Of a stretch of DNA of 64,000 nucleotides, positions 37,237-50,700 are shown in pieces. Under the pieces are notes generated by a model, which was not told the DNA's origin, ran no database searches, and saw only the letters and a list, made by a program, of their open reading frames with translations. Source of the DNA: Eledone cirrhosa. Its lineage: Eukaryota. Both the position numbers and the translations under genes were made by a program. The stretch spans positions 269,824,001 through 269,888,000 of the forward strand of contig OZ024743.1 of assembly GCA_964016885.1 (NCBI GenBank), read 5' to 3'. Every line of letters starts with the position of its first letter. Position 1 is the stretch's first letter.

Positions 37237-38007
37237 TTTGAGGTGGTGTTGATGTTACTGGTGTTGGGAGTAGTGTTTGAGTTGGTGTTGATGTTAGTGG
37301 TGTTAGGGTAGTGTTTGAGGTGGTGTTGATGTTAGTGGTGTTGGGAGTAGTGTTTGAGTTGGTGTTGATGTTAGTGGTGTTAGGGTAGTGTTTGAGGTGG
37401 TGTTGATGTTACTGGTGTTGGGAGTAGTGTTTGAGTTGGTGTTGATGTTAGTGGTGTTAGGGTAGTGTTTGAGGTGGTGTTGATGTTACTGGTGTTGGGA
37501 GTAGTGTTTGAGTTGGTGTTGATGTTAGTGGTGTTAGGGTAGTGTTTGAGGTGGTGTTGATGTTAGTGGTGTTGGTAGTAGTGTTTGAGGTGGTGTTGAT
37601 GTTACTGGTGTTGGGAGTAGTGTTTGAGTTGGTGTTGATGTTAGTGGTGTTAGGGTAGTGTTTGAGGTGGTGTTGATGTTACTGGTGTTGGGAGTAGTGT
37701 TTGAGTTGGTGTTGATGTTAGTGGTGTTAGGGTAGTGTTTGAGGTGGTGTTGATGTTACTGGTGTTGGGAGTAGTGTTTGAGTTGGTGTTGATGTTAGTG
37801 GTGTTAGGGTAGTGTTTGAGGTGGTGTTGATGTTAGTGGTGTTGGTAGTAGTGTTTGAGGTGGTGTTGATGTTACTGGTGTTGGGAGTAGTGTTTGAGTT
37901 GGTGTTGATGTTAGTGGTGTTAGGGTAGTGTTTGAGGTGGTGTTGATGTTACTGGTGTTGGGAGTAGTGTTTGAGTTGGTGTTGATGTTAGTGGTGTTAG
38001 GGTAGTG
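37237..38007. repeat. Local 77-bp (39+38) dimeric sub-array, 9 copies, with two interposed consensus monomers
   Basis: TTAGGGTAG at 37303, 37380, 37457, 37534, 37650, 37727, 37804, 37920 and 37997, giving spacings of 77, 77, 77, 116, 77, 77, 116 and 77. Confidence 0.95.
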
Positions 38008-41000
38008 TTTGAGGTGGTGTTGATGTTAGTGGTGTTGGTAGTAGTTTTTGAGGTGGTGTTGATGTTAGTGGTGTTGGTAGTAGTGTTTGACGTGGTGTTG
38101 ATGTTAGTGGTGTTGGTAGTAGTGTTTGAGGAGGTGTTGATGTTAGTGGTGTTGGTAGTAGTGTTTGAGGTGGTGTTGATGTTAGTGGTGTTGGTAGTAG
38201 TGTTTGAGGTGGTGTTGATGTTACTGGTGTTGGTAGTAGTGTTTGAGGTGGTGTTGATGTTAGTGGTGTTGGTAGTAGTGTTTGAGGTGGTGTTGATGTT
38301 AGTGGTGTTGGTAGTAGTGTTTGAGGTGGTGTTGATGTTACTGGTGTTGGGAGTAGTGTTTGAGTTGGTGTTGATGTTAGTGGTGTTAGGGTAGTGTTTG
38401 AGGTGGTGTTGATGTTAGTGGTGTTGGTAGTAGTTTTTGAGGTGGTGTTGATGTTAGTGGTGTTGGTAGTAGTGTTTGACGTGGTGTTGATGTTAGTGGT
38501 GTTGGTAGTAGTGTTTGAGGAGGTGTTGATGTTAGTGGTGTTGGTAGTAGTGTTTGAGGTGGTGTTGATGTTAGTTGTGTTGGTAGTAGTGTTTGAGGTG
38601 GTGTTGGTGTTAGTGGTGTTGGTAGTAGTGTTTGAGGTGGTGTTGGTGTTAGTGGTGTTGGTAGTAGTGTTTGAGGAGGTGTTGATGTTAGTGGTGTTTG
38701 AGGTGGTGTTGATGTTAGTGGTGTTGGTAGTAGTGTTTGAGGTGGTGTTGATGTTAGTTGTGTTGGTAGTAGTGTTTGAGGTGGTGTTGGTGTTAGTGGT
38801 GTTGGTAGTAGTGTTTGAGGTGGTGTTGGTGTTAGTGGTGTTGGTAGTAGTGTTTGAGGTGGTGTTGATGTTACTGGTGTTGGGAGTAGTGTTTGAGTTG
38901 GTGTTGATGTTAGTGGTGTTGGGGTAGTGTTTGAGGTGGTGTTGATGTTAGTGGTATTGGGGTAGTGTTTGAGGTGGTGTTGATGTTAGCGGTGTTGGTA
39001 GTAGTGTTTGAAGAGGTGTTGATGTTAGTGGTGTTGGTAGTAGTTTTTGAGGTGGTGTTGATGTTAGTGGTGTTGGTAGTAGTGTTTGACGTGGTGTTGA
39101 TGTTAGTGGTGTTGGTAGTAGTGTTTGAGGAGGTGTTGATGTTAGTGGTGTTGGTAGTAGTGTTTGAGGTGGTGTTGATGTTAGTTGTGTTGGTAGTAGT
39201 GTTTGAGGTGGTGTTGGTGTTAGTGGTGTTGGTAGTAGTGTTTGAGGTGGTGTTAGTGTTAGTGGTGTTGGTAGTAGTGTTTGAGGAGGTGTTGATGTTA
39301 GTGGTGTTGGTAGTAGTTTTTGAGGAGGTGTTGATGTTAGTGGTGTTGGGGGTAGTGTTTGAGGTGGTGTTGATGTTAGTGGTGTTGGTAGTAGTTTTTG
39401 AGGTGGTGTTGATGTTAGTGGTGTTGGTAGTAGTGTTTGACGTGGTGTTGATGTTAGTGGTGTTGGTAGTAGTGTTTGAGGTGGTGTTGATGTTAGCGGT
39501 GTTGGTAGTAGTGTTTGACGTGGTGTTGATGTTAGTGGTGTTGGTAGTAGTGTTTGAGGTGGTGTTGATGTTAGCGGTGTTGGTAGTAGTGTTTGAGGTG
39601 GTGTTGATGTTAGTGGTGTTGGTAGTAGTGTTGGAGGTGGTGTTGATGTTAGTGGTGTTGGTAGTAGTGTTTGAGGTGGTGTTGATGTTAGTGGTGTTGG
39701 TAGTAGTGTTTGAGGTGGTGTTGATGTTAGTGGTGTTGGTAGTAGTGTTTGAGGTGGTGTTGATGTTAGTGGTGTTGGTAGTAGTGTTTGAGGTGGTGTT
39801 GATGTTAGTGGGGTTGGGGGTAGTGTTTGAAGTGGTGTTGATGTTAGTGGTGTTGGTAGTAGTGTTTGAGGTGGTGTTGATGTTAGTGGTATTGGTAGTA
39901 GTGTTTGAGGTGGTGTTGGTCTGAGTGGTGTTGGTAGTAGTGTTTGAGGAGGTGTTGATGTTAGTGGTGTTGGTAGTAGTGTTTGAGGTGGTTTTGATGT
40001 TAGTGGTGTTGGTAGTAGTGTTTGAGGAGGTGTTGATGTTAGTGGTGTTGGTAGTAGTGTTTGAGGTGGTGTTGGTGTTAGTGGTGTTGGTAGTAGTGTT
40101 TGAGGTGGTGTTGGTGTTAGTGGTGTTGGTAGTAGTGTTTGAGGTGGTGTTGGTGTTAGTGGTGTTGGTAGTAGTGTTTGAGGTGGTGTTGATTTTAGTG
40201 GTGTTGGTAGTAGTGTTTGAGGTGGTGTTGATGTTAGTCGTGTTGGTAGTAGTGTTTGACGTGGTGTTGATGTTAGTGGTGTTGGTAGTAGTGTTTGAGG
40301 TGGTGTTGGTGTTAGTGGTGTTGGTAGTAGTGTTTGAGGTGGTGTTGGTGTTAGTGGTGTTGGTAGTAGTGTTTGAGGTGGTGTTGACGTTAGTGGTGTT
40401 GGTAGTAGAGTTTGAGGTGGTGTTGATGTTAGTGATGTTGGTAGTAGTGTTTGAGGTGGTGTTGGTGTTAGTGATGTTGGTAGTAGTGTTTGAGGTGGTG
40501 TTGATGTTAGTTGTGTTGGTAGTAGTGTTTGAGGTGGTGTTGGTGTTAGTGGTGTTGGTAGTAGTGTTTGAGGTGGTGTTGGTGTTAGTGGTGTTGGTAG
40601 TAGTGTTTGAGGTGGTGTTAGTGTTAGTGGTGTTGGTAGTAGTGTTTGAGGAGGTGTTGATGTTAGTGGTGTTGGTAGTAGTTTTTGAGGAGGTGTTGAT
40701 GTTAGTGGTGTTGGGGGTAGTGTTTGAGGTGGTGTTGATGTTAGTGGTGTTGGTAGTAGTTTTTGAGGTGGTGTTGATGTTAGTGGTGTTGGTAGTAGTG
40801 TTTGACGTGGTGTTGATGTTAGTGGTGTTGGTAGTAGTGTTTGAGGTGGTGTTGATGTTAGCGGTGTTGGTAGTAGTGTTTGACGTGGTGTTGATGTTAG
40901 TGGTGTTGGTAGTAGTGTTTGAGGTGGTGTTGATGTTAGCGGTGTTGGTAGTAGTGTTTGAGGTGGTGTTGATGTTAGTGGTGTTGGTAGTAGTGTTGGA

Positions 41001-41779
41001 GGTGGTGTTGGTGTTAGTGATGTTGGTAGTAGTGTTTGAGGTGGTGTTGATGTTAGTTGTGTTGGTAGTAGTGTTTGAGGTGGTGTTGGTGTTAGTGGTG
41101 TTGGTAGTAGTGTTTGAGGTGGTGTTGGTGTTAGTGGTGTTGGTAGTAGTGTTTGAGGTGGTGTTAGTGTTAGTGGTGTTGGTAGTAGTGTTTGAGGAGG
41201 TGTTGATGTTAGTGGTGTTGGTAGTAGTTTTTGAGGAGGTGTTGATGTTAGTGGTGTTGGGGGTAGTGTTTGAGGTGGTGTTGATGTTAGTGGTGTTGGT
41301 AGTAGTTTTTGAGGTGGTGTTGATGTTAGTGGTGTTGGTAGTAGTGTTTGACGTGGTGTTGATGTTAGTGGTGTTGGTAGTAGTGTTTGAGGTGGTGTTG
41401 ATGTTAGCGGTGTTGGTAGTAGTGTTTGACGTGGTGTTGATGTTAGTGGTGTTGGTAGTAGTGTTTGAGGTGGTGTTGATGTTAGCGGTGTTGGTAGTAG
41501 TGTTTGAGGTGGTGTTGATGTTAGTGGTGTTGGTAGTAGTGTTGGAGGTGGTGTTGATGTTAGTGGTGTTGGTAGTAGTGTTTGAGGTGGTGTTGATGTT
41601 AGTGGTGTTGGTAGTAGTGTTTGAGGTGGTGTTGATGTTAGTGGTGTTGGTAGTAGTGTTTGAGGTGGTGTTGATGTTAGTGGTGTTGGTAGTAGTGTTT
41701 GAGGTGGTGTTGATGTTAGTGGGGTTGGGGGTAGTGTTTGAAGTGGTGTTGATGTTAGTGGTGTTGGTAGTAGTGTTTG

Positions 41780-44700
41780 AGGTGGTGTTGATGTTAGTGG
41801 TATTGGTAGTAGTGTTTGAGGTGGTGTTGGTCTGAGTGGTGTTGGTAGTAGTGTTTGAGGAGGTGTTGATGTTAGTGGTGTTGGTAGTAGTGTTTGAGGT
41901 GGTTTTGATGTTAGTGGTGTTGGTAGTAGTGTTTGAGGAGGTGTTGATGTTAGTGGTGTTGGTAGTAGTGTTTGAGGTGGTGTTGGTGTTAGTGGTGTTG
42001 GTAGTAGTGTTTGAGGTGGTGTTGGTGTTAGTGGTGTTGGTAGTAGTGTTTGAGGTGGTGTTGGTGTTAGTGGTGTTGGTAGTAGTGTTTGAGGTGGTGT
42101 TGATTTTAGTGGTGTTGGTAGTAGTGTTTGAGGTGGTGTTGATGTTAGTCGTGTTGGTAGTAGTGTTTGACGTGGTGTTGATGTTAGTGGTGTTGGTAGT
42201 AGTGTTTGAGGTGGTGTTGGTGTTAGTGGTGTTGGTAGTAGTGTTTGAGGTGGTGTTGGTGTTAGTGGTGTTGGTAGTAGTGTTTGAGGTGGTGTTGACG
42301 TTAGTGGTGTTGGTAGTAGAGTTTGAGGTGGTGTTGATGTTAGTGATGTTGGTAGTAGTGTTTGAGGTGGTGTTGGTGTTAGTGATGTTGGTAGTAGTGT
42401 TTGAGGTGGTGTTGATGTTAGTTGTGTTGGTAGTAGTGTTTGAGGTGGTGTTGGTGTTAGTGGTGTTGGTAGTAGTGTTTGAGGTGGTGTTGGTGTTAGT
42501 GGTGCTGGTAGTAGTGTTTGAGGTGGTGTTGATGTTAGTGGTGTGGGGAGTAGTGTTTGAGTTGGTGTTGATGTTAGTGGTGTTGGGGTAGTGTTTGAGG
42601 TGGTGTTGATGTTAGTGGTGTTGGGGGTAGTGTTTGAGGGGGTGTTGATGTTAGTGGTGTTGGTAGTAGTTTTTGAGGTGGTGTTGATGTTAGTGGTATT
42701 GGTAGTAGTGTTTGACGTGGTGTTGATGTTACTGGTGTTGGTAGTTGTGTTTGAGGTGGTGTTGATGTTACTGGTGTTGGTAGTAGTGTTTGAGGTGGTG
42801 TTGATGTTAGCGGTGTTGGTAGTAGTGTTTGACGTGGTGTTGATGTTACTGGTGTTGGTAGTAGTGTTTGACGTGGTGTTGATGTTACTGGTGTTGGTAG
42901 TAGTGTTTGAGGTGGTGTTGATGTTAGCGGTGTTGGTAGTAGTGTTTGACGTGGTGTTGATGTTACTGGTGTTGGTAGTAGTGTTTGAGTTGGTGTTGAT
43001 GTTAGTGGTGTTTGTAGTAGTGTTTGACTTGGTGTTGATGTTACTGGTGTTGGTAGTAGTGTTTGAGGTGGTGTTGATGTTAGCGGTGTTGGTAGTAGTG
43101 TTTGACGTGGTGTTGATGTTAGTGGTGTTGGTAGTAGTGTTTGAGGTGGTGTTGATGTTAGCGGTGTTGGTAGTAGTGTTTGAGGTGGTGTTGATGTTAG
43201 TGGTGTTGGTAGTAGTGTTGGAGGTGGTGTTGATGTTAGTGGTTTTGGTAGTAGTGTTTGAGGTGGTGTTGATGTTAGTGGTGTTGGTAGTAGTGTTTGA
43301 GGTGGTGTTGATGTTAGTGGTGTTGGTAGTAGTGTTTGAGGTGGTGTTGATGTTACTGGTGTTGGGAGTAGTGTTTGAGTTGGTGTTGATGTTAGTGGTG
43401 TTGGGGTAGTGTTTGAGGTGGTGTTGATGTTAGTGGTGTTGGTAGTAGTTTTTGAGGTGGTGTTGATGTTAGTGGTGTTGGTAGTAGTGTTTGAGGTGGT
43501 GTTGATGTTAGTGGTGTTGGTAGTAGTGTTTGACGTGGTGTTGATGTTACTGGTGTTGGGAGTAGTGTTTGAGTTGGTGTTGATGTTAGTGGTGTTGGGG
43601 TAGTGTTTGAGGTGGTGTTGATGTTAGTGGTGTTGGTAGTAGTTTTTGAGGTGGTGTTGATGTTAGTGGTGTTGGTAGTAGTGTTTGACGTGGTGTTGAT
43701 GTTAGTGGTGTTGGTAGTAGTGTTTGAGGAGGTGTTGATAGTAGTGTTTGAGGTGGTGTTGATGTTAGTTGTGTTGGTAGTAGTGTTTGAGGTGGTGTTG
43801 GTGTTAGTGGTGTTGGTAGTAGTGTTTGAGGTGGTGTTGGTGTTAGTGGTGTTGGTAGTAGTGTTTGAGGAGGTGTTGATGTTAGTGGTGTTGGTAGTAG
43901 TTTTTGAGGAGGTGTTGATGTTAGTGGTGTTGGGGGTAGTGTTTGAGGTGGTGTTGATGTTAGTGGTGTTGGTAGTAGTTTTTGAGGTGGTGTTGATGTT
44001 AGTGGTGTTGGTAGTAGTGTTTGACGTGGTGTTGATGTTAGTGGTGTTGGTAGTAGTGTTTGAGGTGGTGTTGATGTTAGCGGTGTTGGTAGTAGTGTTT
44101 GACGTGGTGTTGATGTTAGTGGTGTTGGTAGTAGTGTTTGAGGTGGTGTTGATGTTAGCGGTGTTGGTAGTAGTGTTTGAGGTGGTGTTGATGTTAGTGG
44201 TGTTGGTAGTAGTGTTGGAGATGGTGTTGATGTTAGTGGTGTTGGTAGTAGTGTTTGAGGTGGTGTTGATGTTAGTGGTGTTGGTAGTAGTGTTTGAGGT
44301 GGTGTTGATGTTAGTGGTGTTGGTAGTAGTGTTTGAGGTGGTGTTGATGTTAGTGGTGTTGGTAGTAGTGTTTGAGGTGGTGTTGATGTTAGTGGGGTTG
44401 GGGGTAGTGTTTGAAGTGGTGTTGATGTTAGTGGTGTTGGTAGTAGTGTTTGAGGTGGTGTTGATTTTAGTGGTGTTGGTAGTAGTGTTTGAGGTGGTGT
44501 TGATGTTAGTGGTGTTGGTAGTAGTGTTTGACGTGGTGTTGATGTTAGTGGTGTTGGTAGTAGTGTTTGAGGTGGTGTTGGTGTTAGTGGTGTTGGTAGT
44601 AGTGTTTGAGGTGGTGTTGGTGTTAGTGGTGTTGGTAGTAGTGTTTGAGGTGGTGTTGATGTTAGTGGTGTTGGTAGTAGAGTTTGAGGTGGTGTTGATG

Positions 44701-47700
44701 TTAGTGATGTTGGTAGTAGTGTTTGAGGTGGTGTTGGTGTTAGTGATGTTGGTAGTAGTGTTTGAGGTGGTGTTGATGTTAGTGATGTTGGTAGTAGTGT
44801 TTGAGGTGGTGTTGATGTTAGTTGTGTTGGTAGTAGTGTTTGAGGTGGTGTTGGTGTTAGTGGTGTTGGTAGTAGTGTTTGAGGTGGTGTTGGTGTTAGT
44901 GGTGTTGGTAGTAGTGTTTGAGGTGGTGTTGATGTTAGTGGGGTTGGGGGTAGTGTTTGAAGTGGTGTTGATGTTAGTGGTGTTGGTAGTAGTGTTTGAG
45001 GAGGTGTTGATGTTAGTGGTGTTGGTAGTAGTTTTTGAGGAGGTGTTGATGTTAGTGGTGTTGGGGGTAGTGTTTGAGGTGGTGTTGATGTTAGTGGTGT
45101 TGGTAGTAGTTTTTGAGGTGGTGTTGATGTTAGTGGTGTTGGTAGTAGTGTTTGACGTGGTGTTGATGTTAGTGGTGTTGGTAGTAGTGTTTGAGGTGGT
45201 GTTGATGTTAGTGGTATTGGTAGTAGTGTTTGAGGTGGTGTTGATGTTAGTGGTATTGGTAGTAGTGTTTGAGGTGGTGTTGGTCTGAGTGGTGTTGGTA
45301 GTAGTGTTTGAGGAGGTGTTGATGTTACTGGTGTTGGTAGTAGTGTTTGAGGTGGTTTTGATGTTAGTGGTGTTGGTAGTAGTGTTTGAGGAGGTGTTGA
45401 TGTTAGTGGTGTTGGTAGTAGTGTTTGAGGTGGTGTTGGTGTTAGTGGTGTTGGTAGTAGTGTTTGAGGTGGTGTTGGTGTTAGTGGTGTTGGTAGTAGT
45501 GTTTGAGGTGGTGTTGGTGTTAGTGGTGTTGGTAGTAGTGTTTGAGGTGGTGTTGATTTTAGTGGTGTTGGTAGTAGTGTTTGAGGTGGTGTTGATGTTA
45601 GTGGTGCTGGTAGTAGTGTTTGACGTGGTGTTGATGTTAGTGGTGTTGGTAGTAGTGTTTGAGGTGGTGTTGGTGTTAGTGGTGTTGGTAGTAGTGTTTG
45701 AGGTGGTGTTGGTGTTAGTGGTGTTGGTAGTAGTGTTTGAGGTGGTGTTGATGTTAGTGGTGTTGGTAGTAGAGTTTGAGGTGGTGTTGATGTTAGTGGT
45801 GTTGGTAGTAGTGTTTGAGGTGCTGTTGATGTTAGTGGTGTTGTTAGTAGTGTTTGAGGTGGTGTTGATGTTAGTGGTGTTGGTAGTAGAGTTTGAGGTG
45901 GTGTTGATGTTAGTGGTGTTGGTAGTAGTGTTTGAGGTGCTGTTGATGTTAGTGGTGTTGGTAGTAGTGTTTGAGGTGGTGTTGATGTTAGTGATGTTGG
46001 TAGTAGTGTTTGAGGTGGTGTTGGTGTTAGTGATGTTGGTAGTAGTGTTTGAGGTGGTGTTGATGTTAGTGATGTTGGTAGTAGTGTTTGAGGTGGTGTT
46101 GATGTTAGTGGTATTGGTAGTAGTGTTTGACGTGGTGTTGATGTTAGTGGTGTTGGTAGTAGTTTTTGATGTGGTATTGGCGTTAGTGGTGTTGGTAGTA
46201 GTGTTTGAGGTGGTGTTGATGTAAGTGGTGTTGGTAGTAGTGTTTGAGGAGGTGTTGATGTTAGTGGTGTTGGTAGTAGTGTTTGAGGTGGTGTTGATGT
46301 TAGTGGTGTTGGTAGTAGTGTTTGAGGTGGTGTTGGTGTTAGTGTTGTTGGTAGTAGTGTTTGAGGTGGTGTTGATGTTAGTGGTGTTGGTAGTAGTGTT
46401 TGAGGTGGTGTTGATGTTAGTGGTGTTGGTAGTAGTGTTTAACGTGGTGTTGATGTTAGTGGTGTTGGGGGTAGTGTTTGAGGTGGTGTTGATGTTAGTG
46501 GTGTTGGTAGTAGTGTTTGAGGTGGTGTTGGTGTTAGTGGTGTTGGTAGTAGTGTTTGAGGTGGTGTTGATTTTAGTGGTGTTGGTAGTAGTGTTTGAGG
46601 TGGTGTTGATGTTAGTGGTGTTGGTAGTAGTGTTTAACGTGGTGTTGATGTTAGTGGTGTTGGGGGTAGTGTTTGAGGTGGTGTTGATGTTAGTGGTGTT
46701 GGTAGTAGTGTTTGAGGTGGTGTTGGTGTTAGTGGTGTTGGTAGTAGTGTTTGAGGTGGTGTTGATTTTAGTGGTGTTGGTAGTAGTGTTTGAGGTGGTG
46801 TTGATGTTAGTGGTGTTGGTAGTAGTGTTTAACGTGGTGTTGATGTTAGTGGTGTTGGGGGTAGTGTTTGAGGTGGTGTTGATGTTAGTGGTGTTGGTAG
46901 TAGTGTTTGAGGTGGTGTTGATGTTAGTGGTGTTGGTAGTAGTGTTTGAGATGGTGTTGATGTTAGTGGTGTTGGTAGTAGTGTTTGAGGTGGTGTTGAT
47001 GTTAGTGGTGATTGGTAGTAGTGTTGGAGGTGGTGTTGATGTTAGTGGTGTTGGTAGTAGTGTTTGAGGTGGTGTTGATGTTAGTGGTGTTGGTAGTAGT
47101 GTTTGAGGTGGTGTTGATCTTAGTGGTGATGGTAGTAGTGTTTGAGGTGGTGTTGATGTTAGAGGTGTTGGTAGTAGTGTTTGAGGTGGTGTTGATGTTA
47201 GTGGGGTTGGGGGTAGTGTTTGAAGTGGTGTTGATATTAGTGGTGTTGGTAGTAGTGTTTGAGGTGGTGTTGATCTTAGTGGTGTTGGTAGTAGTGTTTG
47301 AGGTGGTGTTGATGTTAGCGGTGTTGGTAGTAGTGTTTGGGGTGGTGTTGATGTTAGTGGTGTTGGTAGTAGTGTTTGGGGTGGTGTTGATGTTAGTGGT
47401 GTTGGGGTTAGTGTTTGAGGTGGTGTTGATGTTAGCGGTGTTGGTAGTAGTGTTTGAGGTGGTGTTGATATTAGTGGTGTTGGTAGTAATGTTTGAGGTG
47501 GTGTTGATGTTAGTGGTGTTGATAGTAGTGTTTGAGGTGGTGTTGGTGTTAGTGGTGTTGGTAGTAGTGTTTGAGGTGTTGTTGATGTTAGTGGTGTTGG
47601 TAGTAGTGTTTAACGTGGTGTTGATGTTAGTGGTGTTGGGGGTAGTGTTTGAGGTGGTGTTGATGTTAGTGGTGTTGGTAGTAGTGTTTGAGGTGGTGTT

Positions 47701-50700
47701 GATGTTAGTGGTGTTGGTAGTAGTGTTTGAGGTGGTGTTGATGTTAGTGGTGTTGGTAGTAGTGTTTGAGGTGGTGTTGATGTTAGTGGTGTTGGTAGTA
47801 GTGTTTGAGGTGGTGTTGATGTTAGTTGTGTTGGTAGTAGTGTTTGAGGTGGTGTTGGTGTTAGTGGTGTTGGTAGTAGTGTTTGAGGTGGTGTTGGTGT
47901 TAGTGATGTTGGTAGTAGTGTTTGAGGTGGTGTTGATGTTAGTGATGTTGGTAGTAGTGTTTGAGGTGGTGTTGATGTTAGTTGTGTTGGTAGTAGTGTT
48001 TGAGGTGGTGTTGGTGTTAGTGGTGTTGGTAGTAGTGTTTGAGGTGGTGTTGGTGTTAGTGGTGTTGGTAGTAGTGTTTGAGGTGGTGTTGATGTTAGTG
48101 GTGTTGGGAGTAGTGTTTGAGTTGGTGTTGATGTTAGTGGTGTTGGGGTATTGTTTGAGATGGTGTTGATGTTAGTGGTGTTGGGGGTAGTGTTTGAGGG
48201 GGTGTTGATGTTAGTGGTGTTGGTAGTAGTTTTTGAGGTGGTGTTGATGTTAGTGGTGTTGGTAGTAGTGTTTGACGTGGTGTTGATGTTAGTGGTGTTG
48301 GTAGTAGTGTTTGACGTGGTGTTGATGTTAGTGGTGTTGGTAGTAGTGTTTGAGGTGGTGTTGATGTTAGTGGTGTTGGTAGTAGTGTTTGACGTGGTGT
48401 TGATGTTAGTGGTGTTGGTAGTAGTGTTTGACGTGGTGTTGATGTTAGTGGTGTTGGTAGTAGTTTTTGAGGTGGTGTTGATGTTAGTGGTGTTGGTAGT
48501 AGTGTTTGAGGTGGTGTTGATGTTAGTGGTGTTGGTAGTAGTGTTTGAGGTGGTGTTGATGTTAGTGGTGTTGGTAGTAGTTTTTGAGGTGGTGTTGATG
48601 TTAGTGGTGTTGGTAGTAGTGTTTGACGTGGTGTTGATGTTAGTGGTGTTGGTAGTAGTGTTTGACGTGGTGTTGATGTTAGTGGTGTTGGTAGTAGTGT
48701 TTGAGGTGGTGTTGATGTTAGCGGTGTTGGTAGTAGTGTTTGACGTGGTGTTGATGTTAGTGGTGTTGGTAGTAGTGTTTGAGGTGGTGTTGATGTTAGC
48801 GGTGTTGGTAGTAGTGTTTGAGGTGGTGTTGATGTTAGTGGTGTTGGTAGTAGTGTTGGAGGTGGTGTTGATGTTAGTGGTTTTGGTAGTAGTGTTTGAG
48901 GTGGTGTTGATGTTAGTGGTGTTGGTAGTAGTGTTTGAGGTGGTGTTGATGTTAGTGGTGTTGGTAGTAGTGTTTGAGGTGGTGTTGATGTTAGTGGTGT
49001 TGGTAGTAGTGTTTGAGGTGGTGTTGATGTTAGTGGTGTTGGTAGTAGTGTTTAACGTGGTGTTGATGTTAGTGGTGTTGGGGGTAGTGTTTGAGGTGGT
49101 GTTGATGTTAGTGGTGTTGGTAGTAGTGTTTGAGGTGGTGTTGATGTTAGTGGTGTTGGTAGTAGTGTTTGAGATGGTGTTGATGTTAGTGGTGTTGGTA
49201 GTAGTGTTTGAGGTGGTGTTGATGTTAGTGGTGTTGGTAGTAGTGTTGGAGGTGGTGTTGATGTTAGTGGTGTTGGTAGTAGTGTTTGAGGTGGTGTTGA
49301 TGTTAGTGGTATTGGTAGTAGTGTTTGAGGTGGTGTTGGTCTGAGTGGTGTTGGTAGTAGTGTTTGAGGAGGTGTTGATGTTAGTGGTGTTGGTAGTAGT
49401 GTTTGAGGTGGTTTTGATGTTAGTGGTGTTGGTAGTAGTGTTTGAGGAGGTGTTGATGTTAGTGGTGTTGGTAGTAGTGTTTGAGGTGGTGTTGGTGTTA
49501 GTGGTGTTGGTAGTAGTGTTTGAGGTGGTGTTGGTGTTAGTGGTGTTGGTAGTAGTGTTTGAGGTGGTGTTGGTGTTAGTGGTGTTGGTAGTAGTGTTTG
49601 AGGTGGTGTTGATTTTAGTGGTGTTGGTAGTAGTGTTTGAGGTGGTGTTGATGTTAGTCGTGTTGGTAGTAGTGTTTGACGTGGTGTTGATGTTAGTGGT
49701 GTTGGTAGTAGTGTTTGAGGTGGTGTTGGTGTTAGTGGTGTTGGTAGTAGTGTTTGAGGTGGTGTTGGTGTTAGTGGTGTTGGTAGTAGTGTTTGAGGTG
49801 GTGTTGATGTTAGTGGTGTTGGTAGTAGAGTTTGAGGTGGTGTTGATGTTAGTGATGTTGGTAGTAGTGTTTGAGGTGGTGTTGGTGTTAGTGATGTTGG
49901 TAGTAGTGTTTGAGGTGGTGTTGATGTTAGTTGTGTTGGTAGTAGTGTTTGAGGTGGTGTTGGTGTTAGTGGTGTTGGTAGTAGTGTTTGAGGTGGTGTT
50001 GGTGTTAGTGGTGCTGGTAGTAGTGTTTGAGGTGGTGTTGATGTTAGTGGTGTGGGGAGTAGTGTTTGAGTTGGTGTTGATGTTAGTGGTGTTGGGGTAG
50101 TGTTTGAGGTGGTGTTGATGTTAGTGGTGTTGGGGGTAGTGTTTGAGGGGGTGTTGATGTTAGTGGTGTTGGTAGTAGTTTTTGAGGTGGTGTTGATGTT
50201 AGTGGTATTGGTAGTAGTGTTTGACGTGGTGTTGATGTTACTGGTGTTGGTAGTAGTGTTTGAGGTGGTGTTGATGTTACTGGTGTTGGTAGTAGTGTTT
50301 GAGGTGGTGTTGATGTTAGCGGTGTTGGTAGTAGTGTTTGACGTGGTGTTGATGTTACTGGTGTTGGTAGTAGTGTTTGACGTGGTGTTGATGTTACTGG
50401 TGTTGGTAGTAGTGTTTGAGGTGGTGTTGATGTTAGCGGTGTTGGTAGTAGTGTTTGACGTGGTGTTGATGTTACTGGTGTTGGTAGTAGTGTTTGAGTT
50501 GGTGTTGATGTTAGTGGTGTTTGTAGTAGTGTTTGACTTGGTGTTGATGTTACTGGTGTTGGTAGTAGTGTTTGAGGTGGTGTTGATGTTAGCGGTGTTG
50601 GTAGTAGTGTTTGACGTGGTGTTGATGTTAGTGGTGTTGGTAGTAGTGTTTGAGGTGGTGTTGATGTTAGCGGTGTTGGTAGTAGTGTTTGAGGTGGTGT

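Noticed and set aside
32690-38395. Canonical telomeric repeat (TTAGGG, or TTGGGG elsewhere)
   Set aside because: Only isolated hexamers, or at most a pair of G-runs, arise as monomer variants; there is no tandem telomere tract.
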